A DNA stretch of 64,000 nt. Origin: a bacterium. GTDB lineage: Bacteria; Electryoneota; Electryoneia; Electryoneales; Electryoneaceae. Position 1 is the stretch's first letter, and each line of letters starts with the position of its first letter. The notes beneath the pieces were generated by a model. It made no database searches. It saw nothing but the letters and a program-made list of their open reading frames with translations, and was not told the origin of the DNA. Below are positions 1 to 9,002 of the stretch, in pieces. A program made the translations under genes and the position numbers. The stretch spans positions 4,512,001-4,576,000 of the forward strand of contig OY769902.1 in NCBI GenBank assembly GCA_963669175.1. Direction: 5' to 3'.

Positions 1-29
1 TGTTAAAATGCTCATTGTATCCTCTTACG

Positions 30-1277
30 TTAAGGTTTTTCGAATGTCAGTTGCACAGTTCCAATGTGCTTCTCCATGAAACCGGCTTCGCAGTAAGTAA
101 GATAAAATCTCCACATCCTGATAAACCGCTCGTCAAATCCCATCCCTCGTATTTCAGGCAGGACAGTTTCAAAGGTTTGCCTCCATCGACGAAGGGTTTC
201 CGCGTAATGCAACCCGATTTCCTCCAGGCCAGTGGGACGCAGATCGCTGTGTTTGGAAATGGTATCGAACAGATAGTTGATCGAAACCAGGTTGCCGCCG
301 GGAAAAATGTATTTCTTGATAAAATCGACCGACTTCCGGTATCCTTCATAATGCCGGTCATTCATGGTAATCCCCTGGATTGCAATTGTACCGCCCGGTT
401 TCAACAATCGGTTCAAGGTGCGAACAAATTCGGGAATAAAGCGGTGTCCAACCGCTTCGATCATCTCGATCGATACAATCTTGTCATAGGTTCCTTCCAG
501 ATTACGATAGTCCTCGTTGAGAACTGTTATCCTGTCTTCCAGTTCCGCTTCCCGGATACGTTCGACTGCCAGGGCGTACTGTTCATCCGAGATTGTTGTA
601 GTTGTCACGCGACAACCGTAATTTTTTGCGGCATGAATGGAAAAACTACCCCACCCAGTGCCTATTTCAAGCAGGTTGTCCCCCGGATGGAGATCAAGCT
701 TACGACAGATCCGGTCCAGTTTCTCGATGGAAGCCTCTTCCATGGTGGCATCTTCCGAAAGAAAAATTCCTGAGGAATACGTCATGGTTGGATCCAACCA
801 GAGCTGGAAAAACTCATTGCTAAGGTCGTAATGGGCACGGATATTCCGCTTGCTGCCACTGAGAGTATTTCTATTGTAAAGGTCAACCAGCTTATCCCTG
901 AATTTCTGCAGCCCTGAAAGGGTTTTTTCAATCCCGGATGCAGCCCGGCGGTTCTGAATGAACAGGCGAAACAACCTTGTCAGATCATCACATTGCCAGT
1001 GCCCTTCAAGATACGATTCGGCTGCCCCAAGACTTCCACCAAGGGCGATGGCTCGGTAAAATGACGGATCATTCACATGGATTGTAACCTGGATCCCTTC
1101 ACTTGCATTACCAAAAACATGCCTCTCCCCATTTTCGATCAGGAGAATGCTACCCTGCTTTATTCCTGCCAGCTTGGCTGAGACCAGCGACCTGAAAAGG
1201 CCACCATTATAACGGACTGTGCCGGGTGCTGTTTTCTGTTCTCTATCCAGGACCAGGGTTCTTGTTAAATCACTCAT
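30..1277 (-). CDS. cfa: Cyclopropane-fatty-acyl-phospholipid synthase family SAM-dependent methyltransferase
   Basis: Motifs NIRAHYDLSNEFF, MTYSSG, LLEIGTGWG, SIEMIEAVG, YIFPGG, RMWRFYLTYCEAGF. Confidence 0.9.
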   Translation of the reverse strand: MSDLTRTLVLDREQKTAPGTVRYNGGLFRSLVSAKLAGIKQGSILLIENGERHVFGNASEGIQVTIHVNDPSFYRAIALGGSLGAAESYLEGHWQCDDLTRLFRLFIQNRRAASGIEKTLSGLQKFRDKLVDLYNRNTLSGSKRNIRAHYDLSNEFFQLWLDPTMTYSSGIFLSEDATMEEASIEKLDRICRKLDLHPGDNLLEIGTGWGSFSIHAAKNYGCRVTTTTISDEQYALAVERIREAELEDRITVLNEDYRNLEGTYDKIVSIEMIEAVGHRFIPEFVRTLNRLLKPGGTIAIQGITMNDRHYEGYRKSVDFIKKYIFPGGNLVSINYLFDTISKHSDLRPTGLEEIGLHYAETLRRWRQTFETVLPEIRGMGFDERFIRMWRFYLTYCEAGFMEKHIGTVQLTFEKP

Positions 1278-2068
1278 ACTGCCTCCTTCTGAACCGCCAC
1301 TCTTGCACTTCCCGGATTAGGGTAATACGTGGCGCCTTTGATTTTCAACTTGAATGCCTGCCAGTAGATACCGGCGATGACCTTAATAGTCATCAATGGA
1401 TACTGCACCATGATTTTCAGCAGGTTCCCGATTGTAAAGGGTTGTGACTGCATGAAAAGCGATGCGATAAATTTTCGTTTTCCTTCTTTTCTGTTCTCGA
1501 TCTGCACATGCACATTTCGGCCTGGAAGGGAGAACTTCATGTCATACTGGTAATCCATGTCGAGAAATGGCGAAACATGAAACTCTTTATCTATCCTGAA
1601 ATGGTACATTCCCTTGTTCCGGGACAGGTTCATCCCCGGTGTAAGGATATAGGAATGCCGTTCTTTCCAGGGAGTATTCGTTATCTCAGCAACGATAGTA
1701 TCCACTGTACTATCCGTTTCATCAAAACAGTAGTAAAAAGTGACCGGGTTAAAGACATAACCGAAGGTGCGCAGATGAGTCAGCATCCTGATGGGCCCTT
1801 CAGGCAGCTTGCCCGTCGTTTCCCGGACCCGCTGACGTACTGCTGAATCGAGTGAAATCCCGGGGGCGCCGATATAATCGCTACGACGAAATTCCACCAG
1901 TGCCTTGTGGCGAGTGCTGAAGAGAAACGAATCCTTGACCAGGTGATCCAGCTCAGACAGGTCGATATAGGCCATGGAAATCCGGTAGCGGAAACTGTGA
2001 TCAATCTTTTCTGAGCGCCTGTGGGCGACAGTCCCGGTATACAGGCGGCTGTGTATCGTGTTTTCCAT
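1274..2068 (-). CDS. DUF1365 family protein
   Basis: HSFRY, FGYVFNPVTFYYC, EITNTPWKERHSY, KEFHVSPF, IYWQAFKL; usual neighbour of cfa. Confidence 0.88.
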   Translation of the reverse strand: MENTIHSRLYTGTVAHRRSEKIDHSFRYRISMAYIDLSELDHLVKDSFLFSTRHKALVEFRRSDYIGAPGISLDSAVRQRVRETTGKLPEGPIRMLTHLRTFGYVFNPVTFYYCFDETDSTVDTIVAEITNTPWKERHSYILTPGMNLSRNKGMYHFRIDKEFHVSPFLDMDYQYDMKFSLPGRNVHVQIENRKEGKRKFIASLFMQSQPFTIGNLLKIMVQYPLMTIKVIAGIYWQAFKLKIKGATYYPNPGSARVAVQKEAV

Positions 2069-3321
2069 TACAACGATTCCTTCAGTGACTCAACAACGTC
2101 CAGCGCACTGACGACTCCATCCTCATGAAACCCGTTCCCCCAGTATGCACCGCAGAACCAGGTCCGGTTCACTCCATTGACAAGGTGCTTTTGCTGCTGG
2201 GCGGCAATGCCTTCCGAGGTGAACAGGGGATGTTCGTACCGGATAACCCTGATGATGTTGTCTGGATTGATCTCGTCGTAACGGTTGAGGGTGACATTAT
2301 AGACTTTGTTCGTATTCAACCGTTGCAGGATGTTCATATTGTAAGTCAGCGCAACGCGGCCTGACTGCTCACGGGCGATATGGTAGTTCCAGCTAGCCCA
2401 GGCAAGCTTGCGAGTCGGGAGCAGGGTCGTGTCAGTATGCAGCACCGCGATGTTTTCCTGGTAAGGAATCGCTCCCAGCAGCTTTGTCTCTATCGGGCTG
2501 GGATCAACGAGCATTTTCAAAGCCTGGTTGCTGTGCGCAGCAATGATGACTTCATCAAAATGCTGGGGTCGCTTTCCTTCAACCGTAATTTCCACGTGGG
2601 AGGGCAAACGGCGCACCGACACTACCGGGCTGTTCAGGTAAATCCTGTCAAGGAAACCGGCTGTCATCTTGTCGACATACTGCTTTGATCCGCCTACAAT
2701 CGTCTTCCACTGGGGACGATCCTTCAGATCAAGCAGGCCGTGATTCATGAAAAAACGGATATAATTCAGAGCCGGAAATAACAGCATATCTTCAGGTACA
2801 GTCGACCATATGGCAGCACCCATCGGGATGAGATATTGTTCGATGAATTCCCGGGAATAGCCCCCATCCTTCAAATAATCGCCAAGTGTTATGGAATCCT
2901 TGCCGGATTCCAACAAGTCACGAGCTTCCCTGTTGAAACGCATGATATCTTTGATCATGCGATAAAAGGAGGGCCTAATAAGGTTGCGGCGCTGTGCAAA
3001 CATTTTATTCAGCGAACCGCCATTGTATTCCAGGCCATGCACCTCGTCCTTCACACTGAAGCTCATTTCTGTCGGTTGCACTTTCACACCCAGTTCATTC
3101 ATCAGCCTGATAAAGTTCGGATACGTTTTTTCATTATGGACTATGAAGCCTGTATCAACAGGAATGATACTGCCATTTTCCTCGACCTCGATAGTGTTTG
3201 TATGACCGCCGATATATCCATTCGCTTCGAATACTGTGATTTCATGCGTACGGTGCAGCATGTAGGCTGCTGTCAACCCGGATATGCCCGTACCGATGAT
3301 TGCAATGTTTTTCTTTTCCAT
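2068..3321 (-). CDS. FAD-dependent oxidoreductase (COG2907, amine oxidase/desaturase-like)
   Basis: IAIIGTGISGL Rossmann motif, GGHTNT, VDTGFIVHN, WASWNY, GAYWGNGFHEDG; start chosen at MEKKN (ORF track starts at 3357). Confidence 0.88.
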   Translation of the reverse strand: MEKKNIAIIGTGISGLTAAYMLHRTHEITVFEANGYIGGHTNTIEVEENGSIIPVDTGFIVHNEKTYPNFIRLMNELGVKVQPTEMSFSVKDEVHGLEYNGGSLNKMFAQRRNLIRPSFYRMIKDIMRFNREARDLLESGKDSITLGDYLKDGGYSREFIEQYLIPMGAAIWSTVPEDMLLFPALNYIRFFMNHGLLDLKDRPQWKTIVGGSKQYVDKMTAGFLDRIYLNSPVVSVRRLPSHVEITVEGKRPQHFDEVIIAAHSNQALKMLVDPSPIETKLLGAIPYQENIAVLHTDTTLLPTRKLAWASWNYHIAREQSGRVALTYNMNILQRLNTNKVYNVTLNRYDEINPDNIIRVIRYEHPLFTSEGIAAQQQKHLVNGVNRTWFCGAYWGNGFHEDGVVSALDVVESLKESL

Positions 3322-3322
3322 G

Positions 3323-3889
3323 TTATTGTCCATCCTCTTTGCTGACCTTTTCTTCACCCCAGGTTTGCAGGACGCGCTTTACCTGGCTGATATCGTAATG
3401 CTGCTGTTCCAGGCGATCCAGGATCCCACTGTAGGTATTCTCATCGATTCCCGGTTCCCTGGCCATAATCCAAAGGTACCTACGGTTGGGTACACCAATG
3501 ACTGTGTGACTGTAATCTTCTGCCAGGTCTATCACCAGGAAGTGAAAACGCAGGGGCCAGAAGAATTGGACCCGCCACTCAGCACCGGTGCCATCTTCCG
3601 GGATAAATCCACGGGCACGGAATTCCTTCCGTCTGCCATCCGGACTTTTATTGAAGAAAGTATAGGTGATATCAACATCACCATCTTCACGAAGATCATA
3701 ATGTTCTATAGCGTTAGTTGCATGTTTTTCCGCGAAAATCGGGATAAAAGCTATCACGTACCAGTCGCCCATAAAGCGATCAAGGTTTACTTCATCAACT
3801 GTTTCCAACTGGGGAAGCGATGAAGAACATCCGGAAAGCAGAATGGCAGATATCAAGAGTACCATGACTGTGAGCAGTGACCTGTTCAT
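3323..3889 (-). CDS. Blc-like lipocalin lipoprotein
   Basis: Lipobox LLSGC, DRFMGDWYVIA, YLWIMAR lipocalin motifs. Confidence 0.88.
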   Translation of the reverse strand: MNRSLLTVMVLLISAILLSGCSSSLPQLETVDEVNLDRFMGDWYVIAFIPIFAEKHATNAIEHYDLREDGDVDITYTFFNKSPDGRRKEFRARGFIPEDGTGAEWRVQFFWPLRFHFLVIDLAEDYSHTVIGVPNRRYLWIMAREPGIDENTYSGILDRLEQQHYDISQVKRVLQTWGEEKVSKEDGQ

Positions 3890-4659
3890 GCCTTTTTCCT
3901 CCCCATGGGCAGAAAAGAAGGGGTTTCATTCATGTACCGGCTGTATTCCGGGTTGGTTTTTTCAAGAAGCGCATCGAGCATCTTCACCCCGGATACACGG
4001 ACTAACAGGAAGTTCATGATAAGGGGACTGATCAGCGCCCACCAGGCACCGGTAGAAAGACCAATCAGACCGAATCCCCACCAGATCAAGGCTTCTCCGA
4101 AATAGTTCGGGTGACGACTGGTTGCCCATAACCCTTTGTCCAGTACCTTACCCTTGTTGGAAGAATTTTTCTTGAATTGCATCAATTGCCAGTCCGCAAC
4201 TGCCTCAAAGAAGAATCCGACAGTAAAAAGTCCGGCCCCGATCCAGGGAAAGAACTCCAACCCGGAATGAATACCACCCTCAAAGACTGCGTACAATGGC
4301 AGCGCGACAACCCACATTACTGTGCCCTGTAAGAGAAACACCTTGAAATAGCTCCTCCACCACCAAGCCTTGCCATTCTCTTCCCGCCACTTCCGGTAAC
4401 GAGCGTCTTCCGGTTTGCCGGCATTGCGAATCCCTATGTGCAGCGCCAGGCGAAGTCCCCAAACCAGGACCAGCAGTAAAACCAGAAGACGTAAAGGTGT
4501 ATGCATTCCTCCGGTCAGGTACTGAAAAATGGCAACCACTAAGAAGCCCAACCCCCAGAAAATGTCCATAATTCCGGCATCACGTTTGATCAGGCTGATC
4601 ACCCAGACCAGTGTTACGAACCCGAGAATTAATACCCCTGTATAAGCAAGTGTGTTCAT
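3886..4659 (-). CDS. DUF1295 family membrane protein (steroid 5-alpha-reductase-like)
   Basis: DIFWG, EDARY, ADWQL, GLWATSRHPNYFGE motifs; hydrophobic segments. Confidence 0.88.
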   Translation of the reverse strand: MNTLAYTGVLILGFVTLVWVISLIKRDAGIMDIFWGLGFLVVAIFQYLTGGMHTPLRLLVLLLVLVWGLRLALHIGIRNAGKPEDARYRKWREENGKAWWWRSYFKVFLLQGTVMWVVALPLYAVFEGGIHSGLEFFPWIGAGLFTVGFFFEAVADWQLMQFKKNSSNKGKVLDKGLWATSRHPNYFGEALIWWGFGLIGLSTGAWWALISPLIMNFLLVRVSGVKMLDALLEKTNPEYSRYMNETPSFLPMGRKKA

Positions 4660-5360
4660 GGTCGTACCTCTGATATAACAGAATTTTCAATGTTGCCCTT
4701 GGCGGCTTCCCGCAGGACATCCTCAAAAAGACCGGCAATCCCTTTCCGGTTCACATTCTCCAGTATAAAATCCGGTATCCATCCGCCAGGATTCATGTAC
4801 AGACGATAACTGACCTGAAACTGACCATCAGCAACTGGTCTAAAAATCCAGGTCCCAGCCCCTTCATCTATCAACACTGGGGACCGATCCTTATGCACTG
4901 GGGGCAGTTCCAATCTTGCCAACTGCTCTTCGTTCAACAACACCCAGTCGGAACGAATATGTCCATCCACGCTTGAATAAGCGGGTCGCATTTCGAATAC
5001 GACATACCTGTTTTTCATCAGGGGTACTTTGTAATACTGGTATCCGTAAATATTCCCGTTTTTCATTCCAATCAGGCTGCATTCCATGGCCTTGTTACTG
5101 GTGATGATTTCATTGTAAGAAGCCACATTCTCAACCACTTGAACGATGGATTCAGGGGTTAAATCGGTCTCACTGCTTATTTCCAGGGCCTGCAGTTCAT
5201 ATCCGGGAAGAGATTTTGAACGCAGAGTAAGACCATCATCAGTAGTTGAAACCATTTCCCATCCGTTATCCGAGTGAAGTTGTGCAAGAAGATGGTTGCT
5301 TCCCAGCGCCGTTGACGATGCAAGAAGAAGAAGTACCAGTACCAGTCTACTATTCAGCAT
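4656..5360 (-). CDS. Exported START/SRPBCC-like lipid-binding protein
   Basis: Signal peptide; C-terminal GTWIF...VSY...NPGGWIPDFI pattern typical of START domains; lipid operon context. Confidence 0.6.
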   Translation of the reverse strand: MLNSRLVLVLLLLASSTALGSNHLLAQLHSDNGWEMVSTTDDGLTLRSKSLPGYELQALEISSETDLTPESIVQVVENVASYNEIITSNKAMECSLIGMKNGNIYGYQYYKVPLMKNRYVVFEMRPAYSSVDGHIRSDWVLLNEEQLARLELPPVHKDRSPVLIDEGAGTWIFRPVADGQFQVSYRLYMNPGGWIPDFILENVNRKGIAGLFEDVLREAAKGNIENSVISEVRP

Positions 5361-5904
5361 GATTTGCTCCTATCATCATTTTCTGAGACAGCCAGACGAT
5401 AGCAAGTACAGCAGTGCCCCAAACCGCCGCAAGGACAAGCACCGTTGTCATAGTGGGGAGATTAAAATGAAGCACACCGAATCGGACACCAGCCATATAG
5501 GAAGGTGGACCAAAAACCGCTCCAAGGATAAACGCCAACAGGTACCTTCCTTTTAACCAATTAAGCGAATGGTTGATCAATGCGGCAAAACCGGCCCACA
5601 TGGCTGTGATCCAAAGGGGAGCCAGCCAGATTGCCCCAGGCCAGCCACTGTCATATGAAATAAATCCCAAGCTGCTCTTAATACTGTCAACCCCTGTGCC
5701 CGCCAAGGCAACAAACACGATAAACAGACCTTCTTTACTGCCATATCCGAGAAATCGAAAATGGAAAAAAAGAAATCCCGCCATCATCAAGGGGCCCAGC
5801 CAGGGAATGGCATACTTGACACCCAGGACACATGCCCACCAGGCAGCGTTAAAACCAAGCGCGTTGGCTATTACCAGGGATTTGTTTGCTGTTCTATATC
5901 TCAT
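5350..5904 (-). CDS. DUF2878 family membrane protein
   Basis: NALGFNAAWWACVLG, PLWITAMWAGFA, GAVFGPPSYMAG; start at MRYRT with AAAGGA RBS. Confidence 0.8.
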   Translation of the reverse strand: MRYRTANKSLVIANALGFNAAWWACVLGVKYAIPWLGPLMMAGFLFFHFRFLGYGSKEGLFIVFVALAGTGVDSIKSSLGFISYDSGWPGAIWLAPLWITAMWAGFAALINHSLNWLKGRYLLAFILGAVFGPPSYMAGVRFGVLHFNLPTMTTVLVLAAVWGTAVLAIVWLSQKMMIGANHAE

Positions 5905-5981
5905 GTTCCTTTTCCGGCTTTGGTTTAAAGACAGGCAAATACCCCGGGCTCTTACACCCGGGGCAGAATCCGGCATATCAA

Positions 5982-6164
5982 TCAATCTTCGGGTTTAAGG
6001 GGCATTTCGTCAAAATTGACACAGCCCTGGGCACGCAAATCGCCATTCACATCCACACCACGATCACAAACCCAGTAATTGCCATGTGCATCGACTACGG
6101 TTTCAATCGGACGAGCGCTGGGACGAACAATGCCACTACCCATGTTTGCCATGTGATTACCCAT
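5982..6164 (-). CDS. Small hypothetical protein (~60 aa), first gene of the lipid operon
   Basis: Strong RBS AAAGGAG before ATG at 6164; lies just downstream of the sigma54 promoter. Confidence 0.6.
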   Translation of the reverse strand: MGNHMANMGSGIVRPSARPIETVVDAHGNYWVCDRGVDVNGDLRAQGCVNFDEMPLKPED

Positions 6165-6222
6165 TGTGTTTCTCCTTTCCAAGTTGACTTTGACTTTTTA
6201 ACCTGTCGTTGCTTCTATTATG

Positions 6223-6237
6223 GCAAGCGGTATGCCA
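6223..6237 (-). promoter_or_regulatory. Sigma54 -24/-12 promoter for the lipid-modification operon
   Basis: Minus strand TGGCATACCGCTTGC, GG-N10-GC spacing, next to a sigma54 activator gene. Confidence 0.75.
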
Positions 6238-6372
6238 ATTTTAGACATACCTAACAATTTAGTGTATACAACACACTCTATTCTTTTATTATCAAAAGTA
6301 TACAACGAAGGAAGCGATAGACTTCGAGGTTACAACCAGGAGGAGGTGACAACTAATTTTACAGTAATATGA

Positions 6373-6388
6373 TGTCTAATATTTGACA
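6373..6388. promoter_or_regulatory. Candidate enhancer (UAS) for the PAS sigma54 activator
   Basis: TGTCTAATATTTGACA, a TGT-N10-ACA dyad ~140 bp upstream of the promoter. Confidence 0.5.
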
Positions 6389-6389
6389 G

Positions 6390-8204
6390 TTATACATCCC
6401 CTTGACCATACTGTTCCGGCCTTGAGAGGTTAAATTTTTTCAGCAGGTAGTAAATATATTGGCGGGTTACACCAAGTGCGCGAGCGGCATGGACGATGTT
6501 CCAGCTCCACTGTTGCAGGGTGGCCTCCAGGATTTCGCGGTCGATTTTTCTACGGACAGGGAAAGGTACCGGTAGTGGCGGAGAAATCGCTGGAGACGTG
6601 GTGTACGATCGTCCGGACGGTGTGTGTTTCTGAACTTCTTCCCTGGGCAGATGTTCCGGCAGCAGCACAGGTCCCCTGCTCATTATAAACGCACGTTCGA
6701 TTGCATTGCGCAGTTCACGGACATTTCCCGGCCAGTTATGCTCCTGAAGGATATGAATGGTTTCCGCTGATATTTTCTCCACCCGTGTGCCCAATTCACG
6801 GTTGAATTGTATACGGAAGTGGTCTGCGAGCAGGGGGATATCCTCTTTGCGGTCTCGCAGGGGTGGGATATGAATTGTGACAACATTCAGCCGGTAAAAC
6901 AGGTCTTCCCTGAAATGACCTTCTTGCACCTGGGCGTAAAGATTCCGGTTGGTAGCGGCTATTACTCGCGCATCTGCGGTCAGGGTTCGGGCGTCACCCA
7001 GTTTTTCAAACTGTTTTTCCTCCAGCACACGAAGCAGGGTGACCTGTACAGCAGGTGAGATATCGCCGATTTCATCGAGGAAAATAGTCCCCCCATGTGC
7101 CCTCTGGAACCGACCTATCCGGTCATTTACTGCCCCGGTAAAAGCCCCACGGACATGGCCAAACAGTTCACTTTGCAGCAAGGTGTCTGATAGCGCTGCG
7201 CAGTTCACCGCGACAAAAGGACCATCCTTACGTTCCGAGTATTTGTGAACCAGGGAAGCGATAATTCCTTTGCCGGTGCCGCTCTCGCCCAGCAGTAGTA
7301 CCGTGGTCTTTGAAGGTGCGACCTTTATGATCAGATTATTGACTTCCCGTAAGCGCACGCTTTTTCCGATCAAATCACCAAAACTTCGCTGGTCTTCCAC
7401 TTCCCTCTGCAAAGCATATAGGCGGCTTATATCACGGATCACCACCAATGCTTCATAGTAGTCCAATCCTTCGACTTCCAGGGGGCGTACATTGCAAAGA
7501 AACACCCGGAAACCGACAGGAAGGTCAACTTCCAGGCTCAAATCTCGTGTCGATTTTCCCTTATGCAGACTGCTGCGCACATGAGTATCCAGGTCTGCAA
7601 GTTCTCCACCGATCAAGCTGGCGAATGTCTTGCCAATAGCCTGTTCACGCTTCAATCCAAGCATTTTCAGCGCAGGATCGTTGATGCGTGCGATATGACC
7701 ACTACTGGCTATTGCAAAGATGCCTTCATCGGCCCCCTGGAAAATGGCATTCAAGTGAGCCCGTTGCTGGAGGATGAGGAGTTCCGCCCGTTTTCGTTCA
7801 TCAATACTCTGGTGGGCGATCACCGCCCCACCCTGCGGCATGCGCAGCGGAGTCACAAACATCTCAAACCAGAATTTACCCTCTGGAATATCGAAGCAGT
7901 ATTCCTGGGAAAACACCTCCCGTGTTCCCTTCAGAACCTCACGGATGCCATCCAGAGCCTTTTGTACATCTGGATCACCTGAAGCCCCGGCCGTAGCGAA
8001 ATAATCAATTCCGACACCATGAACAGTGTCCGGTCCGGCACCGTTCTCCGTGGCAAAACGCCGCCATGGCTCATTCACGGCAATGATCTTCCCGTTGCAA
8101 TCGATCACAGCAATCCTTGCAATCTGCGAATCCAGCACGGAACGCGCGAACGATTCATGATCAAGTGAAGATGAAAGTCCCTGGTCTTTCTTTACCTTTT
8201 TCAC
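6390..8204 (-). CDS. PAS-PAS sigma54-dependent transcriptional activator
   Basis: [28 protein letters not shown]-terminal Fis-type HTH; two N-terminal PAS-like segments. Confidence 0.93.
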   Translation of the reverse strand: MKKVKKDQGLSSSLDHESFARSVLDSQIARIAVIDCNGKIIAVNEPWRRFATENGAGPDTVHGVGIDYFATAGASGDPDVQKALDGIREVLKGTREVFSQEYCFDIPEGKFWFEMFVTPLRMPQGGAVIAHQSIDERKRAELLILQQRAHLNAIFQGADEGIFAIASSGHIARINDPALKMLGLKREQAIGKTFASLIGGELADLDTHVRSSLHKGKSTRDLSLEVDLPVGFRVFLCNVRPLEVEGLDYYEALVVIRDISRLYALQREVEDQRSFGDLIGKSVRLREVNNLIIKVAPSKTTVLLLGESGTGKGIIASLVHKYSERKDGPFVAVNCAALSDTLLQSELFGHVRGAFTGAVNDRIGRFQRAHGGTIFLDEIGDISPAVQVTLLRVLEEKQFEKLGDARTLTADARVIAATNRNLYAQVQEGHFREDLFYRLNVVTIHIPPLRDRKEDIPLLADHFRIQFNRELGTRVEKISAETIHILQEHNWPGNVRELRNAIERAFIMSRGPVLLPEHLPREEVQKHTPSGRSYTTSPAISPPLPVPFPVRRKIDREILEATLQQWSWNIVHAARALGVTRQYIYYLLKKFNLSRPEQYGQGDV

Positions 8205-8446
8205 TCTTTTACTTTCCTGAGTCTTTCTGAGGATACTACCATATTTGGGATTATCGGTTCCGGGTTAAGGACCATCTATTGTATTATCATTGGTTCTATA
8301 GTCGTGCTCGGAAAAATTGTCGCATCATGTCATCCCCTCCCCGAATGTTGTAGTCGGGGATCAAACGGGGATCTCGTAGTTTTGCTATTCAATGCGACAT
8401 TCTTTTTACAACCCGCTATAATAGGTTTCACTGACATCTTCCTTCG

Positions 8447-8510
8447 ATACTCCAACATAAAAAAAAACAAATCCAGAAAACTCAGATAGAGCGATATTTC
8501 TTCTTTACGC
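8447..8510 (+). pseudogene. Degenerate fragment of the IS481-like transposase 5' region
   Basis: ATACTCCAAC-A9...GATAGAGCGATA.TTCTTCT closely resembles 45712-45775. Confidence 0.55.
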
Positions 8511-8662
8511 CCGACTTTGCCTTGGTGCAAACAAGCTGTCAGTGAAATGGAATCTGAAATGATAGCCTGTTTATCTCGTAATGGGTTTGGAATGCCCAAG
8601 CGTCAGAAAAGTCGCCGGGGCAAAACAGCGAACAAGGTATCAATCCTGGTGTAAAAACTGGT

Positions 8663-8877
8663 TGTACCTTGTCCAAATTTCATCCGCTTTATTGGCACTG
8701 AGTTTCAGCGATTCCGAAAGGTACACGCAATCCCCAGAGAACTCAACCTTTCACGCGTCTAGCCTATATTTTTCCTAATTCCCACAGTGATTTTTTCATC
8801 CGACTCGACTAGAATTTGCTGGCCTTTTGAGGTTTTCACCTGGGGTTCCCGCACGGATTGTATTTTGACGAGGGACA
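8663..8877 (+). mobile_element. ~215-bp non-autonomous MITE-like derivative of the IS481-like element (copy 1)
   Basis: Starts TGTACCTTGTCCAAATTTC, ends TTTTGACGAGGGACA; left part matches 33479-33575, right part matches ~34770-34862; similar to 21872-22085 over its length. Confidence 0.85.
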
Positions 8878-9002
8878 GGCAAAGCGAACTGCCTCACGCT
8901 TGAACTCTGGATCGTACTTGTTGCGATTGGACATGTGAACACCTCCTCGAAAAGAAAACTACCATCTCTTCTCTGTGTCCACAAAATCGGGGGAGGCTCA
9001 AG

